This document shows, one piece after another, positions 29,777 to 41,475 of a stretch of 64,000 bases of DNA. The notes below the pieces were generated by a model. It was not told the origin of the DNA. It did not search any database and was given only the letters and a program-made list of their open reading frames with translations. How positions within the stretch are numbered: position 1 is the first letter of the stretch; every line of letters starts with the position of its first letter. The stretch is from an uncultured Pseudomonadota bacterium (GTDB lineage: Bacteria > Pseudomonadota > Alphaproteobacteria > Rhizobiales > Xanthobacteraceae), in NCBI GenBank assembly GCA_963747725.1, contig CAVVGD010000002.1, forward strand, positions 4,424 through 68,423. The letters run 5' to 3'. The position numbers were made by a program, and so were the translations under genes.

Positions 29777-30645
29777 GGCACGAACCGGCCGAACAAGCCC
29801 TGCGGTCTGACCAGCAAGACGATCAGCATCGGCAGGAACAGGATGAAATAGGAGAGCTCCGGCAGTAGCGCCTGGCCGAAATTATAGATGAAGCCGATAA
29901 TGATGCTGCCGACGAAGCTGCCGAGCAGGCTGCCCGAGCCGCCGAGAATGACGACCACCAATGCCAGCGGCAACATGTCCTGGTCGAGGCCGGGATAGAC
30001 CGACAGGATCGGCGCTCCGATAATGCCGGCAAAGGCGGCAAGTCCGGCACCTAAGGCAAATACGATGGTGAATAGCTGCGAGACGCGGATGCCGACCACT
30101 CGCGCCATATCGGGATCGTCGACGCCGGCGCGGATCATGGCGCCAAGCCGGGTGCGATCGAGCAAAAGCCAGAGGCCGATCGCCGTCACCATGGCGATGA
30201 CGATGATCGCCAGCCGGTAGTGCGGGAAAATCAATGGGCCGTAGTGCAGGGCGCCGACGAGAAGGTTCGGGGTGTCGACGCGCACCGGATCGCCGCCCCA
30301 GACCATCAGGCAGAAATCTGCGACGATGAAGGAGATGCCCAGCGTCACCAGCACCTGCGCCATTTGCTGCCCCGGCAGTTGGCGCAGCAGCAAACGCTCG
30401 ATCAGGGCACCGAACAGCGCGACGAGAATGACGGCAAAGATCACTGCCACCCAGAAATTGAAAGTCATGGCCAGCATGCCGCCGGCGAAGGTGGCGCCGA
30501 AATAGGCCCCGAGCATGAACAGCGAGCCATGCGTCAGGTTCGGAATACGCATCAGGCCGAAGATCAGCGAGAAGCCCGCCGCCAGCAGGAACAGCAGGCC
30601 GCCGAAGGAGATGCTGTTGACCGTCAGCAGCAGCCAGAAGGTCAT
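29773..30645 (-). CDS. Liv-like ABC transporter permease (LivH-like), locus 2
   Basis: 290-aa polytopic ORF with a 4-nt overlap to the next gene. Confidence 0.85.
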   Translation of the reverse strand: MTFWLLLTVNSISFGGLLFLLAAGFSLIFGLMRIPNLTHGSLFMLGAYFGATFAGGMLAMTFNFWVAVIFAVILVALFGALIERLLLRQLPGQQMAQVLVTLGISFIVADFCLMVWGGDPVRVDTPNLLVGALHYGPLIFPHYRLAIIVIAMVTAIGLWLLLDRTRLGAMIRAGVDDPDMARVVGIRVSQLFTIVFALGAGLAAFAGIIGAPILSVYPGLDQDMLPLALVVVILGGSGSLLGSFVGSIIIGFIYNFGQALLPELSYFILFLPMLIVLLVRPQGLFGRFVP

Positions 30646-30725
30646 AACCGCCGTCTTTCCGCTTGTCGCATACGAAGACCGCGGGCGCAGCCTTTCGCGG
30701 CGCCCGCGGGGATCGTTGGTTCAGA

Positions 30726-31982
30726 TCAGCACTTGCTCAGCGGCGGATAGTTGCGCGAGTAGACCGGGTGCGCGAGGAACTCCTTCTCCGGCCAGGTCCA
30801 GAACTGGCTGACGTTCTCGTAGGTCTTGACCGTCTTGTTCCAGAGATGGAGGCCGTAGGCGTTCTTCATCTTCTCGCAGCGGCGGACGTAGAAGTTGCCG
30901 ACCACGTTGCCGAGATGGTCGAAGCTGATCGGCCCGCGCGGGGTGTCCTTGAGCTTCACGGCCTTGAGCGCAGCCATGAACTTCTCCTTGTCGTCGGTCT
31001 TGCCGCCGGTCGCCTCGAGGCCGGCGTTGACCACGTCGCAGTTGACGTAGAGACCAGCCGCATAGAAGCCGGGCACGGTCTTGAACTCCTTCACCATCGC
31101 CGCGGCGAACTTCTTGTTGGAATCGGTGTCGAGATCGAGGGTGTAGGGGCAGGCGCTCATCTGGCCGATCGCCTCGTCACCAAAGGCATGCAGCAGTGCG
31201 TCGTCGCCGCCGGTTTCGCCAGTCACCAGCGGATACTTGAGGCCGAGATTGGCGTATTGCTTCAGGAAGCGCAGCGGAACGCCGCCCGGGAAGCCCTGGC
31301 AGACGACATCGCAGTCGCTGATCTGGGCGATGTAGGGCGCGTAGTCGGGCGTGCCCAAAGGCGTCCACAGCTTCTTGACGACGCAGCCACCGTCCTTCTG
31401 AAATGCCGCCTGGAAGCCGCCTTCCTGCTCGTAGCCGAAGGCGAAATCCCAGTCGATGGTGATGGCTTTCTTCCTGCCCATCTCCTTCGCCGCGTAGTGA
31501 CCCATCACATGCATCGCCTGCGAGGATGTGGCCGAGGGGCGAAGGAAGTAGGGGTTAGGCCGGCGCTGGGTGAGATCGTCGGCGCCGGCGAGGCTGAGCG
31601 TCGGCGTCTTGTGCTGCTTGATGTAGTCGTCGATCGCCAGCAATTCGAAGGCGGCGAGCGGTCCGAGGATGACATCGACCTTGTCGCGCTCGATCAGCTC
31701 CTGCGCCTTGGTCTTGGTGCCGGCCGGCTTGCCGCCGGTGTCGGCGGAAATGAACTCGACCTTGCGGCCGGCCATCTTGTTGCCGTGCTGCGCGAGCCAC
31801 ACGCGGACGCCCTGTTCCATCTGGATGCCGCCCTGCGCCAGGCCGCCGGTCTTGACGGTGAGCAGGCCGAGCTTGAATGGGGCGCTTTGCGCGAGTGCCG
31901 GTGTCGGGAACTTGAACGTCGCCGCCGCGGCGCCGGCGGCCGTCGCAGCCATGAAGTTACGCCGGCTGACTTTGATGGACAT
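30726..31982 (-). CDS. Liv-like ABC transporter substrate-binding protein, locus 2
   Basis: Tat-like leader SRRNFMAATAAGAAAATF and a type-I binding protein sequence. Confidence 0.85.
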   Translation of the reverse strand: MSIKVSRRNFMAATAAGAAAATFKFPTPALAQSAPFKLGLLTVKTGGLAQGGIQMEQGVRVWLAQHGNKMAGRKVEFISADTGGKPAGTKTKAQELIERDKVDVILGPLAAFELLAIDDYIKQHKTPTLSLAGADDLTQRRPNPYFLRPSATSSQAMHVMGHYAAKEMGRKKAITIDWDFAFGYEQEGGFQAAFQKDGGCVVKKLWTPLGTPDYAPYIAQISDCDVVCQGFPGGVPLRFLKQYANLGLKYPLVTGETGGDDALLHAFGDEAIGQMSACPYTLDLDTDSNKKFAAAMVKEFKTVPGFYAAGLYVNCDVVNAGLEATGGKTDDKEKFMAALKAVKLKDTPRGPISFDHLGNVVGNFYVRRCEKMKNAYGLHLWNKTVKTYENVSQFWTWPEKEFLAHPVYSRNYPPLSKC

Positions 31983-32311
31983 TGAACTCCTCCCTTCGTC
32001 GCCCCTGTCGGGGGTGATTAGCCGAACTGTTTCGTTCGGCCGTTATTGTTCGGCCTTTGCAGCCTTGGTTGGCGGCGTGAACAGCGCCATATCGTGGGCC
32101 GTCGCTCCCACCGCAACCGACCGAGCCGCGCGCATCATTGTTCATTGTAATCTATCATGTAAAGCCCGGTGCCGCCGTAATTCTTCGCGCTGCGGCGCAG
32201 TGCCCATCCTGCGGGACGGTGGGAAAAGTGGGGTGAACATGCTAATATTTGCCTGTGCGCTCGCGGGTCCGTTGCGAACGCAATCATCTTCGATCTGCCG
32301 GGACGGTTAAC

Positions 32312-33147
32312 ATGGTGAGCAACGGCTTCGGCGTGCGGCCCATCTCCGGCTCGATCGGCGCCGAGATCCTCGGGATCGACCTCGCCGACGAACCGGGACA
32401 TAACGTGATCTCCGCCATCCGCCAGGCTTGGCTGGAGCACGGCGTCATCTTCTTCCGCGATCAAGAGCTGCCGCCGGCGAAGTTTCTCGCCTTTGCAAAA
32501 CGCTTCGGCGAAGTGGTGGAATATCCCTTCATCAAGGGCATCGAGGGCTTTCCCGAGATCATTCCGGTCGTCAAACTCGAGCACGAGCGGCACAATTTCG
32601 GCGGCATCTGGCACAGTGACACCGCCTATCTCGAAGTACCGCCCATGGCCACCATGCTGATCGGGCGGGAGGTGCCACCCTACGGTGGCGATACGTTGTT
32701 CGCGAACGGCTATCTCGCCTACGAGTCGCTTTCCGACGGTATGAAAAAGATGCTCAACGGGCTGATCGCCATCAACTCATCGGCGAAGGCGGACGTCTCG
32801 CGCACGCGCGAAGATAGGGTGCGCGACAGCGCCAAGACTGAAGCCAAAAAGGAATACGTCGGCGAGCATCCAGTGGTGCGCACGCATCCGGAGACTGGCC
32901 GCAAGGCGCTCTACGTCAATGTTGCACACACCCTGCGCTTCAAGGGCATGACCGAAGCCGAGAGTGCGTCGCTGTTGAATTATCTCTTCCAGCATCAGAC
33001 CAGGCCGGAATTCACCTGCCGATTTAACTGGAGGGTGGGTTCGATCGCGTTCTGGGACAACCGCTGCGTTCTTCACAACCCGGTCAACGACTATCACGGC
33101 TTCAAGCGCGTGATGCATCGGGTGACGCTGGCGGGGAATAGGCCGTG

Positions 33148-33151
<4 letters not shown>
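32312..33151 (+). CDS. TauD/TfdA family Fe(II)/2-oxoglutarate dioxygenase
   Basis: ATG at 32312 (MVSNGFGVRPISGSIGAEILGIDL). The H-x-D metal motif is in GGIWHSDTAYLE. The C-terminal part has RVMHRVTL. Confidence 0.85.
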
Positions 33152-33849
<698 letters not shown>

Positions 33850-33862
33850 GGGTCAGGGTCTC

Positions 33863-33975
33863 GTCATTCCACACCCGTCGTCCCGGGCGAGCGCGTAAAC
33901 GCGAGGCTCGGGACCCATACACCGCAACCTAACGAAAAGGCACGGCGTATGTGTTCCCGCCGTCGCGGGAACGAC
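33863..33975. repeat. composite REP-like palindromic element between livG-like and livF-like genes
   Basis: GTCATTCC...GTCGTCCCGGGCGAGCGCG-TAAA-CGCGAGGCTCGGGAC...TTCCCGCCGTCGCGGGAACGAC. Confidence 0.8.
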
Positions 33976-34010
33976 ATCGACGATGGATCGGGGTCTAATC
34001 TCGGCAATCA

Positions 34011-34784
<774 letters not shown>

Positions 34785-34847
34785 CCTACGCCCCGATAAG
34801 ACGGATGGTGCCGGGGCCCGGATCGCGGGCCCCGGCCTTGTCGCTTC

Positions 34848-36110
34848 TTATTCGCAGTACTTGCACGGCGGGAAGTTGCGGCTGTACACCGGCTGCTTCA
34901 AGAATTTTTCCTTACCATAGGTCCAGAACTGGCCGACGTTCGGATAGGTCTTGATCACCACATTCCAAAGCTGCGCCTTCTTGTCGCCGAACATCTTCTT
35001 CATCTCGACCTTGCGGATATAGATGTTCTCGACCGGATTGCGCATCTCGTCGAACGACACCGGCCCACGCACGGCGTCGATCTTCGTTGCCTCCAGCGTC
35101 TTGATGAATGACTCGGCGCCGGGCCACTTGCCGCCATGCTTCTGCATGGCTTCGTCGATCAACTGCGCGGTGGTGTAGTTCGCTTCCGCGTAGTAGCCGG
35201 GGATTTCCCCAAACTTGGAGCGGAACTCCTTGACGAACTTTTCGTTCTTCGGCGTCTGCAACGCGGCGCTGTACATCAAAGCCGAGACGTCGCCGACCGC
35301 TTGCTTGCCGTAGAAGGGCAGGTCATAGTCGTCGTAGCTGGTGCCGCCGGCGATGATCGGCTTCTTGTTGCCGGCATTGCGCAGCTGCTTCGGGAATTGC
35401 GGCGACATCGGACCGACCATCAGCGTATAGACGGCGTCGGCGTCGCCCTTGATCTGAGGAATGTACGGCCCGAAGTCCTTGTTGCCGAGCGGCACCCAAA
35501 TCTTCTGAATGACCTTGCCGCCGCAATCCTCAAATGCCTGCTGGAAGCCGCCGACCAACTCATAGCCGAAGGCGTAGTCGGCGCCGATGGTCACTACCTT
35601 CTTGTAGCCCTGTTCGCAGGCCCACTTGCCGAGTGGATGGTTGGGCTGCGAGCTGGCCCAAGTGGTGCGGAAGAAATACGGATACTTGCCGAGCTGGCGC
35701 TGGCTCAGGTCGTCTGCTGCCGCGATGGAGGAAATGTAGACTGTCTTCATCTCGGTACTTACAGGGGCCAGCGCATAGCCGGTGGAGGCGAGCACGCCAC
35801 CGATCAAAATATGTACGTGATCTTGCAGCGCCAGCTTCTTGGCCTTGGTCACGGCCGAACTCGGCTTGGCCTGATCGTCCTCGACGATGAACTTGACCTT
35901 ATTGCCGCCGAGCATGCCGTGGTGCGCGTCGAGGTACATCTGAAAGCCGTGCACCATGTCCTTGCCGGTCTGCGAAAGGAAACCGGTCGTCGGCGCGATG
36001 AACCCAATGCGCAACTCCTCAGCCCGGGATTGGCCGCTCATGCTCAATCCAAGCAAAAGACAGCCGCCAAACAGCGCCATTCCCACGCGTCGGTGCAGTG
36101 TGCCTGTCAT
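34848..36110 (-). CDS. Liv-like ABC transporter substrate-binding protein, locus 3
   Basis: Start chosen at MTGTLHRRVGMALFGG, preceded by AGGGAGGA. Has a signal peptide followed by LRIGFIAPTTGFLSQTG. Confidence 0.85.
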   Translation of the reverse strand: MTGTLHRRVGMALFGGCLLLGLSMSGQSRAEELRIGFIAPTTGFLSQTGKDMVHGFQMYLDAHHGMLGGNKVKFIVEDDQAKPSSAVTKAKKLALQDHVHILIGGVLASTGYALAPVSTEMKTVYISSIAAADDLSQRQLGKYPYFFRTTWASSQPNHPLGKWACEQGYKKVVTIGADYAFGYELVGGFQQAFEDCGGKVIQKIWVPLGNKDFGPYIPQIKGDADAVYTLMVGPMSPQFPKQLRNAGNKKPIIAGGTSYDDYDLPFYGKQAVGDVSALMYSAALQTPKNEKFVKEFRSKFGEIPGYYAEANYTTAQLIDEAMQKHGGKWPGAESFIKTLEATKIDAVRGPVSFDEMRNPVENIYIRKVEMKKMFGDKKAQLWNVVIKTYPNVGQFWTYGKEKFLKQPVYSRNFPPCKYCE

Positions 36111-36138
36111 GTCGTCCTCCCTGTTTGCCTTCCCTCGA

Positions 36139-37152
36139 TCAGGAAGGCTTCGGTACAAATTCTTCCGTCGCCCCTGCTTGGTTGGTCTTGTTGGTTGATG
36201 CCCGGGCCTGGCGTATACGCGCCGGGATGCCCATCAACCCCATCGGTAGATAGAGGATCGTCAACACATAGACGCCCCCCAGCACATATTGCCACCACGG
36301 CACCAGCGTCGAAAGATACTCGCGCAGGCCGAACACGATCGCCGACCCGATGGCGCCGCCGATGAGCGTACCGGCGCCGCCCAGCACCACCATCAGCAAC
36401 GCGTCGACCGAGGTGGTCAGGACCACGGTATCGGGGCTAACCAGGCCGTTGGCATGCGCCCACAGCACGCCCGCGAGGCCGCCGAAGGCGCCGGCGATGA
36501 TAAATGCGGTGTATTTATGCAGCCACGTGTTGTAGCCGAGGATCCGCATGCGCAATTCGCGCTCGCGAATGCCGGCCAGGCTGGCGCCGAAGGGCGAGCG
36601 GACAACGACGTAAAGCACAAACAATGAGACTACGAAGAAGCCAAACACCAGGAAAAAGAAAGTGCGCTCGTCGCCAAGATTGAGCCCAAAGTTCGGACGC
36701 GACGTGACGTTGATGCCGTTGTCGCCGCCGGTCAGCGAATTCCAGCGGTAGGCTAGCCCCCAGACGCATTGGCCGAGAGCGAGCGTGATCATCAGGAAAT
36801 AAACTCCCGTGGCGCGGATGGCGAACAGCCCAAAAAACGCCGCCAGAATTGCACCCGCCATCATACCGAACAGCACCACCAGCCAGAAGTCCCAGCCCAG
36901 ACCGAAATGGTATTTGGCGGCAAGAATTGCCGTGAGATAGGCGCCGACACCGAAATAGGCGGCTTGGCCGAGCGAGGCGAGCCCGGCGAAGCCGAGCAGG
37001 ATATCGACGCTCATGGCGAGAATGGCGAATATCAACGCGCGCGTCGCCAGCAGCATGATGAACGGATTCGTGTGCGGGACGATATAGGCGACCGCGGCGA
37101 GGACGACGGCGATGGTCAGGATTTTGTATCGCCGGTTCATCGCACCGCTCAC
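36139..37152 (-). CDS. Liv-like ABC transporter permease (LivM-like), locus 3
   Basis: 337-aa polytopic ORF. Confidence 0.85.
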   Translation of the reverse strand: MSGAMNRRYKILTIAVVLAAVAYIVPHTNPFIMLLATRALIFAILAMSVDILLGFAGLASLGQAAYFGVGAYLTAILAAKYHFGLGWDFWLVVLFGMMAGAILAAFFGLFAIRATGVYFLMITLALGQCVWGLAYRWNSLTGGDNGINVTSRPNFGLNLGDERTFFFLVFGFFVVSLFVLYVVVRSPFGASLAGIRERELRMRILGYNTWLHKYTAFIIAGAFGGLAGVLWAHANGLVSPDTVVLTTSVDALLMVVLGGAGTLIGGAIGSAIVFGLREYLSTLVPWWQYVLGGVYVLTILYLPMGLMGIPARIRQARASTNKTNQAGATEEFVPKPS

Positions 37153-38189
37153 TCCCGTCCGAACAGGCCGGTCGGCTTCACCGCCAGGATCAGCACCATC
37201 GGCGCGTAAAGCGTGAAATAGGAAAGCTCAGGAAACAGCGCCTTGCCGAAGTTGTCGGCAAGTCCCACCAGCAGGGCGCCGACCGCGGCGCCCCCAAGCG
37301 ACCCCATGCCGCCGATGATGACGACCGCGAAGGCGAGCGGCAGCATCTCGAAATCGAGACCGGGATAGACGCCGAGAAAGGCGCCGCCGATGACGCCCCC
37401 GAGCGCGGCAAGAAAGGCGCCGAGTGCGAAGATCAGCATGGAGATGCGATTGGTATCGATGCCGATGCCGCGCGCCATCTGCGCGTCGTCAACTGTAGCG
37501 CGCACTGCTGCGCCCATGCGTGTTTTCTCCATCGCCAGCCAAATGGCGACACCGATGAAGAGCGCCATGGCAATCATGAAGATGCGATAGAGCGGAAAAT
37601 GGATCCCGGCGAACAAAATGCTGGCACCGAGCGCGTCCGGCGGATCGATCGACAAGTTGTTGCCGCCCCAGATGTCGAGCGCACCCTGTTGGAACAGATA
37701 TGCGAAGCCGACCGTAAGCAGCACTTGGCGCAGCACGTCGGATTCAATTGGCACGATCGGCAAGCGGCTGAACACGAGATAGGAGATGCCCGAGGCCGCG
37801 GCCGCCAACGCAAAGAGTTGCAGCTCGCCGCCGCCAATCAGCGTGGGCCACTTGGCGGAGATGGCCAGGCTGACCACAAAACCGACACCCACGGCGATGA
37901 CCGCCGTTCGTACGAAGGCGAGGCCTTCGGAGCGCAGGAACAGGCGTTCGGTGGCGATGCCGATTATGGCGACGGCGAGTGCGGCGAGCGGCAGAGACAG
38001 TGCCCAGGAGTCGGTTCCCGCGATCACCGACAATGCGATATAACCGCCCCACAGGAAAAACGAGCCATGCGCCAAGTTTACGATTCGCATGACGCCGAAA
38101 ATTAGCGATAGCCCGGCACCCACCAAAAACAGCAGCGCGCCATAGGATATTCCGTTAAAGCTTTGGATAATCCAGTATTGCGCGTTCAT
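37149..38189 (-). CDS. Liv-like ABC transporter permease (LivH-like) with an extra hydrophobic insertion, locus 3
   Basis: 346-aa polytopic ORF, about 55 aa longer than the other two LivH-like paralogs in this window. Confidence 0.85.
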   Translation of the reverse strand: MNAQYWIIQSFNGISYGALLFLVGAGLSLIFGVMRIVNLAHGSFFLWGGYIALSVIAGTDSWALSLPLAALAVAIIGIATERLFLRSEGLAFVRTAVIAVGVGFVVSLAISAKWPTLIGGGELQLFALAAAASGISYLVFSRLPIVPIESDVLRQVLLTVGFAYLFQQGALDIWGGNNLSIDPPDALGASILFAGIHFPLYRIFMIAMALFIGVAIWLAMEKTRMGAAVRATVDDAQMARGIGIDTNRISMLIFALGAFLAALGGVIGGAFLGVYPGLDFEMLPLAFAVVIIGGMGSLGGAAVGALLVGLADNFGKALFPELSYFTLYAPMVLILAVKPTGLFGRE

Positions 38190-38454
38190 TCGCTGCCACT
38201 CCCCACAACTCCCTTCTTGTTGAGGCCGAAGGTTATATGGGCAAGCTTACCCGAGCCGCAGTGGGAGTGAACCCCCTAAATGGCCGCTGATGAAATTTGG
38301 CCGTTGCGCGCTGCACCATGTGGGGCGCAAAACGACGCGCGGTCATTACACGTTAACGGTCGCGCCTTTTCGGAAGTCGAAATGCGAGGCGTGTAGCCTT
38401 CTTTCCCATTTGAACGGGAAGCGGGTCCCGACAATTTGTGTCAAGGCCGGTGGA

Positions 38455-40251
38455 CTAACGCTGGCGCTTCATACCCGTCTTTTTGGCGGTTGCCACTCGT
38501 CTTGGCGGAATGATCGGCAACAAGACGTAGGGCATTTTCGCCCTGCCGAAATGCAGCGTGGTGGTGTTGTCGAACACTGCCGGCGGACGGTCGCGCGGAT
38601 CGTTGTGCAGGAACGGTCCGCAGCCTGTCAGCTCGTTCTTGAAGTTGGACAGCTTGCCGCCGCTGCCGCCGCCATATTCATAGTCCTTGCCGCGCACCGA
38701 CAGGCCGATGCGATAGCCGGCGGGAACCGCGATGCAGGTCGGCCAGATCTCGATGTCGAGATCGACCGGCTGGCCTTTCTTCAGCGGCTGCTTTTCGTCG
38801 TGGGTGTGATAGGGCCGATAGGGCAGCGACAGCTTCTTGTCGAGTTTGCGGTGTGAAGCGCGCAGCCAGCCCTGCGCCACCGGGGTGTGCGGATCGATGG
38901 CGCCCTGGAACACGACTTCCTTCAAGTCGCCGGTGAATACCCGCAGCACGATGAAGAAGTCGGCATCGGCGGTCGACGAGGAAGCGACGAGCTTGAGTGC
39001 CGACGGCCCGGTGATCTCGGTCTCCTGCGCGAGCGGCGGGGTGAGGAAGGTGAGGCCGTCGCCCATGGAGGCGAAGCTGAGCTTGGTGCCGCGCGTCGGT
39101 TTCTTGGTCGTCAGCGCCATACCGGCGGGATCGAGATAGAATTTCGTCCACTTGGTGCGCTTGAGCGGCCATTCGTTTTCGGCGCGGCCGACGAATTTCT
39201 CGCCGGGATAGCGGATCTGCAGGAAAACCTTCGGTTGCCTCGACCACGTCGTGTCCTTGCCGTGCAGGAAATAGTCGAAGAAGCGCAGCTGCTGCTCGCG
39301 GCCGTAGTCGGTGTAGAAGTGGGTCCAGTGCTCAATACCGTGCGCTTCGAGCCATTTTTGTTTCGATGCGGCGCGCACGAAGCCTTCGAAATTGCCGCGC
39401 GGATGCAGACCCTGCCCGCCCCAGTTGGCGGCCGAGAACAACGGCGCGGTCACTTTCTCCCAAACCGGTGAGCGGTCGCGGTGATACTTGTCGTCGAGCG
39501 GATGGGCGAGGATGTCGCCGCCGAAATCGGAGCGGTTCCTGGCGAGCTCGTGCTCCGACAGCGTCTCCGGCCCGCACACCAATTCGCCAGTGACGCGGCT
39601 GCGGCCGCCGCGCTCGCCGGCGCCGTACTGCACGGTCTTGACCTGCATGTCGTACCAGTTCTCCCAGAACGTCGAGAGAATACCGCCGTGGTGCGTCATG
39701 TCGCGGAACCAGTCGGCCGAGCCTTCCCACACGCACATGGCGGCGAGGTGCGGCGGCTGTAGTGACGCCACGTGCCACTGGTTCATTCCGTAGTAGGAGA
39801 TGCCGTTGAGGCCGACTTTGCCGTTCGACCACGGCTGCATGCCCGCCCATTCGATGCAGTCGTAGAAGTCCTTGGTCTCGCGCGGCGAGAAGTGGTCAAT
39901 GAAGCCCGGCGAGCAGCCGGCGCCGCGTAAATCGACGCGCACGCAGACGTAATCGTGCCGAACCCATTTCTCCGGATCGACCACTTCCCAGCTCTGATAA
40001 AGATTGCTGGAGCCGGCGGTGACGTCCGGATGTTTGTCGGCCATGCGCTGCCAGGCGCTCGGATAGCCGTCTTGGAAGGCGAGGTTCTTAGCGTAGGGGC
40101 CGTAGGTGAGAAGGACCGGATAGCGGCCTTCTTTCACTGGGCGAAACACGTCGGCGCGCAACACCAGACCGTCGTCCATGGTGATCGGCACATTGAAGTC
40201 GATGCGCATGCCGTCGCGGACTTCCGAGCGTTCCTCAAGTGCGGCCACCAT
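38455..40251 (-). CDS. CocE/NonD family (S15 X-Pro dipeptidyl-peptidase-like) alpha/beta hydrolase
   Basis: Starts at the internal Met (MVAALEERSEVRDGMRIDFNVPITMDDGLVLRADVFRP). The nucleophile elbow is GISYYG. Has a C-terminal jelly-roll-like domain. Confidence 0.85.
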   Translation of the reverse strand: MVAALEERSEVRDGMRIDFNVPITMDDGLVLRADVFRPVKEGRYPVLLTYGPYAKNLAFQDGYPSAWQRMADKHPDVTAGSSNLYQSWEVVDPEKWVRHDYVCVRVDLRGAGCSPGFIDHFSPRETKDFYDCIEWAGMQPWSNGKVGLNGISYYGMNQWHVASLQPPHLAAMCVWEGSADWFRDMTHHGGILSTFWENWYDMQVKTVQYGAGERGGRSRVTGELVCGPETLSEHELARNRSDFGGDILAHPLDDKYHRDRSPVWEKVTAPLFSAANWGGQGLHPRGNFEGFVRAASKQKWLEAHGIEHWTHFYTDYGREQQLRFFDYFLHGKDTTWSRQPKVFLQIRYPGEKFVGRAENEWPLKRTKWTKFYLDPAGMALTTKKPTRGTKLSFASMGDGLTFLTPPLAQETEITGPSALKLVASSSTADADFFIVLRVFTGDLKEVVFQGAIDPHTPVAQGWLRASHRKLDKKLSLPYRPYHTHDEKQPLKKGQPVDLDIEIWPTCIAVPAGYRIGLSVRGKDYEYGGGSGGKLSNFKNELTGCGPFLHNDPRDRPPAVFDNTTTLHFGRAKMPYVLLPIIPPRRVATAKKTGMKRQR

Positions 40252-40386
40252 GTATTCCTCCCTTGCAGCATCTCTTTTGTTGCCCGGGAGGCTACAGAGA
40301 AGCGCTGCCGGCGCGCAAGAGCGGAGGCAGTTGTCCCTGCACAAGCGGGAATGAGCGGTAATGGCGCGACGCTTGCCGATTGCGTA

Positions 40387-41307
40387 TTAGCGCCGTTTCT
40401 TCCTGCGTTTCACTTTCGCCATCTTTTCCAGCACGGCGCACACCGAGGCGGTGTCCTGCGCGCCGAGCCCGGCCTTCTCCGCTTTTCGGTAGACCGGCTT
40501 GGTGGCGTCGAATAGCGGCGTCGGCACCTTGATCTTCCTGGCGTAGCCACCGATCACCGACATGTCCTTGTCCCAGACGTCGATCTTCATGGTGGCGTCT
40601 TTGTAATTGCCCTTCACCATCATCGGCGCGCGCAACTCGAACACGCGCGAGTTGCCGGCGCCGGCCTGGATCAGGTCGAAGATCATCTGCGGATCGAGGC
40701 CGGCCTTCATGCCCAGCACCATCGCTTCGGCGCTGGCGACATTGTGGACCGCTACCAGCAGGTTGGCGACGTATTTCATCTTACTGCCGTTGCCGAAGGG
40801 GCCGACGTCATAGACCTTGCGGCCGAACGCCTCGAACATCGGCCCGAGCTTGCGGATCGCCCCGCGGTCGCCGCTGGCATAGAACACGAGATCGCCGGCG
40901 TCGGCCTGCGAGCCGGTGCCGCTGACCGGGCAGTCGAGCATGGTGTGGCCGGCCTTGCGCAGGATCTTCTCGGCTTTTTCCTTGTCTGAAATCGTGAAGG
41001 TGCTCATTTCAACAATCACCTTGCCCCTCAGCTTGGCCTTGGCGATCTCGCGCGCCACCGCCATCAGCGCCTGCGGCTTGGGCAAGCTGGTTATGACCGT
41101 TGGCGCCGTCGCCGCCACGTCCGCCGCGTTCTTGGCGATCTCGATGCCCTTGCGTCCGGCTTCGCGCCGGCGCGCCGCGCTGAGGTCGTAACCGATCACG
41201 CGCCAGCCGTTTTTCACCAAGTTCCGGGCGAAAGCGCCGCCCATGATGCCGAGGCCGACGACGCCGACCGTACCCTTCGACCGCTTCTTCCGCTTCGCCT
41301 TCGCCAT
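40387..41307 (-). CDS. NAD(P)-dependent oxidoreductase, 3-hydroxyisobutyrate/6-phosphogluconate dehydrogenase-like, with poly-basic termini
   Basis: Start MAKAKRKKRSKGTVGVVGLGIMGGAF, preceded by GGGAGA. Rossmann motif GLGIMGG. C-terminus is ...EKMAKVKRRKKRR. Confidence 0.8.
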   Translation of the reverse strand: MAKAKRKKRSKGTVGVVGLGIMGGAFARNLVKNGWRVIGYDLSAARRREAGRKGIEIAKNAADVAATAPTVITSLPKPQALMAVAREIAKAKLRGKVIVEMSTFTISDKEKAEKILRKAGHTMLDCPVSGTGSQADAGDLVFYASGDRGAIRKLGPMFEAFGRKVYDVGPFGNGSKMKYVANLLVAVHNVASAEAMVLGMKAGLDPQMIFDLIQAGAGNSRVFELRAPMMVKGNYKDATMKIDVWDKDMSVIGGYARKIKVPTPLFDATKPVYRKAEKAGLGAQDTASVCAVLEKMAKVKRRKKRR

Positions 41308-41475
41308 CCGGTTTTCTCCCTGCCGAAAAAATCGAAGTGCACTTGTCATGCGCGTTTCATTGTGGAGTCTCTTAAGGCGTCAGAGCCGGGGCTGTCGAGT
41401 GGGTGGGACGCAACACGGCTTTCATGGGACGCCGCGATCGCCTATCGTTGCGGCAAAGGCGTAGCAGGAGGATAC

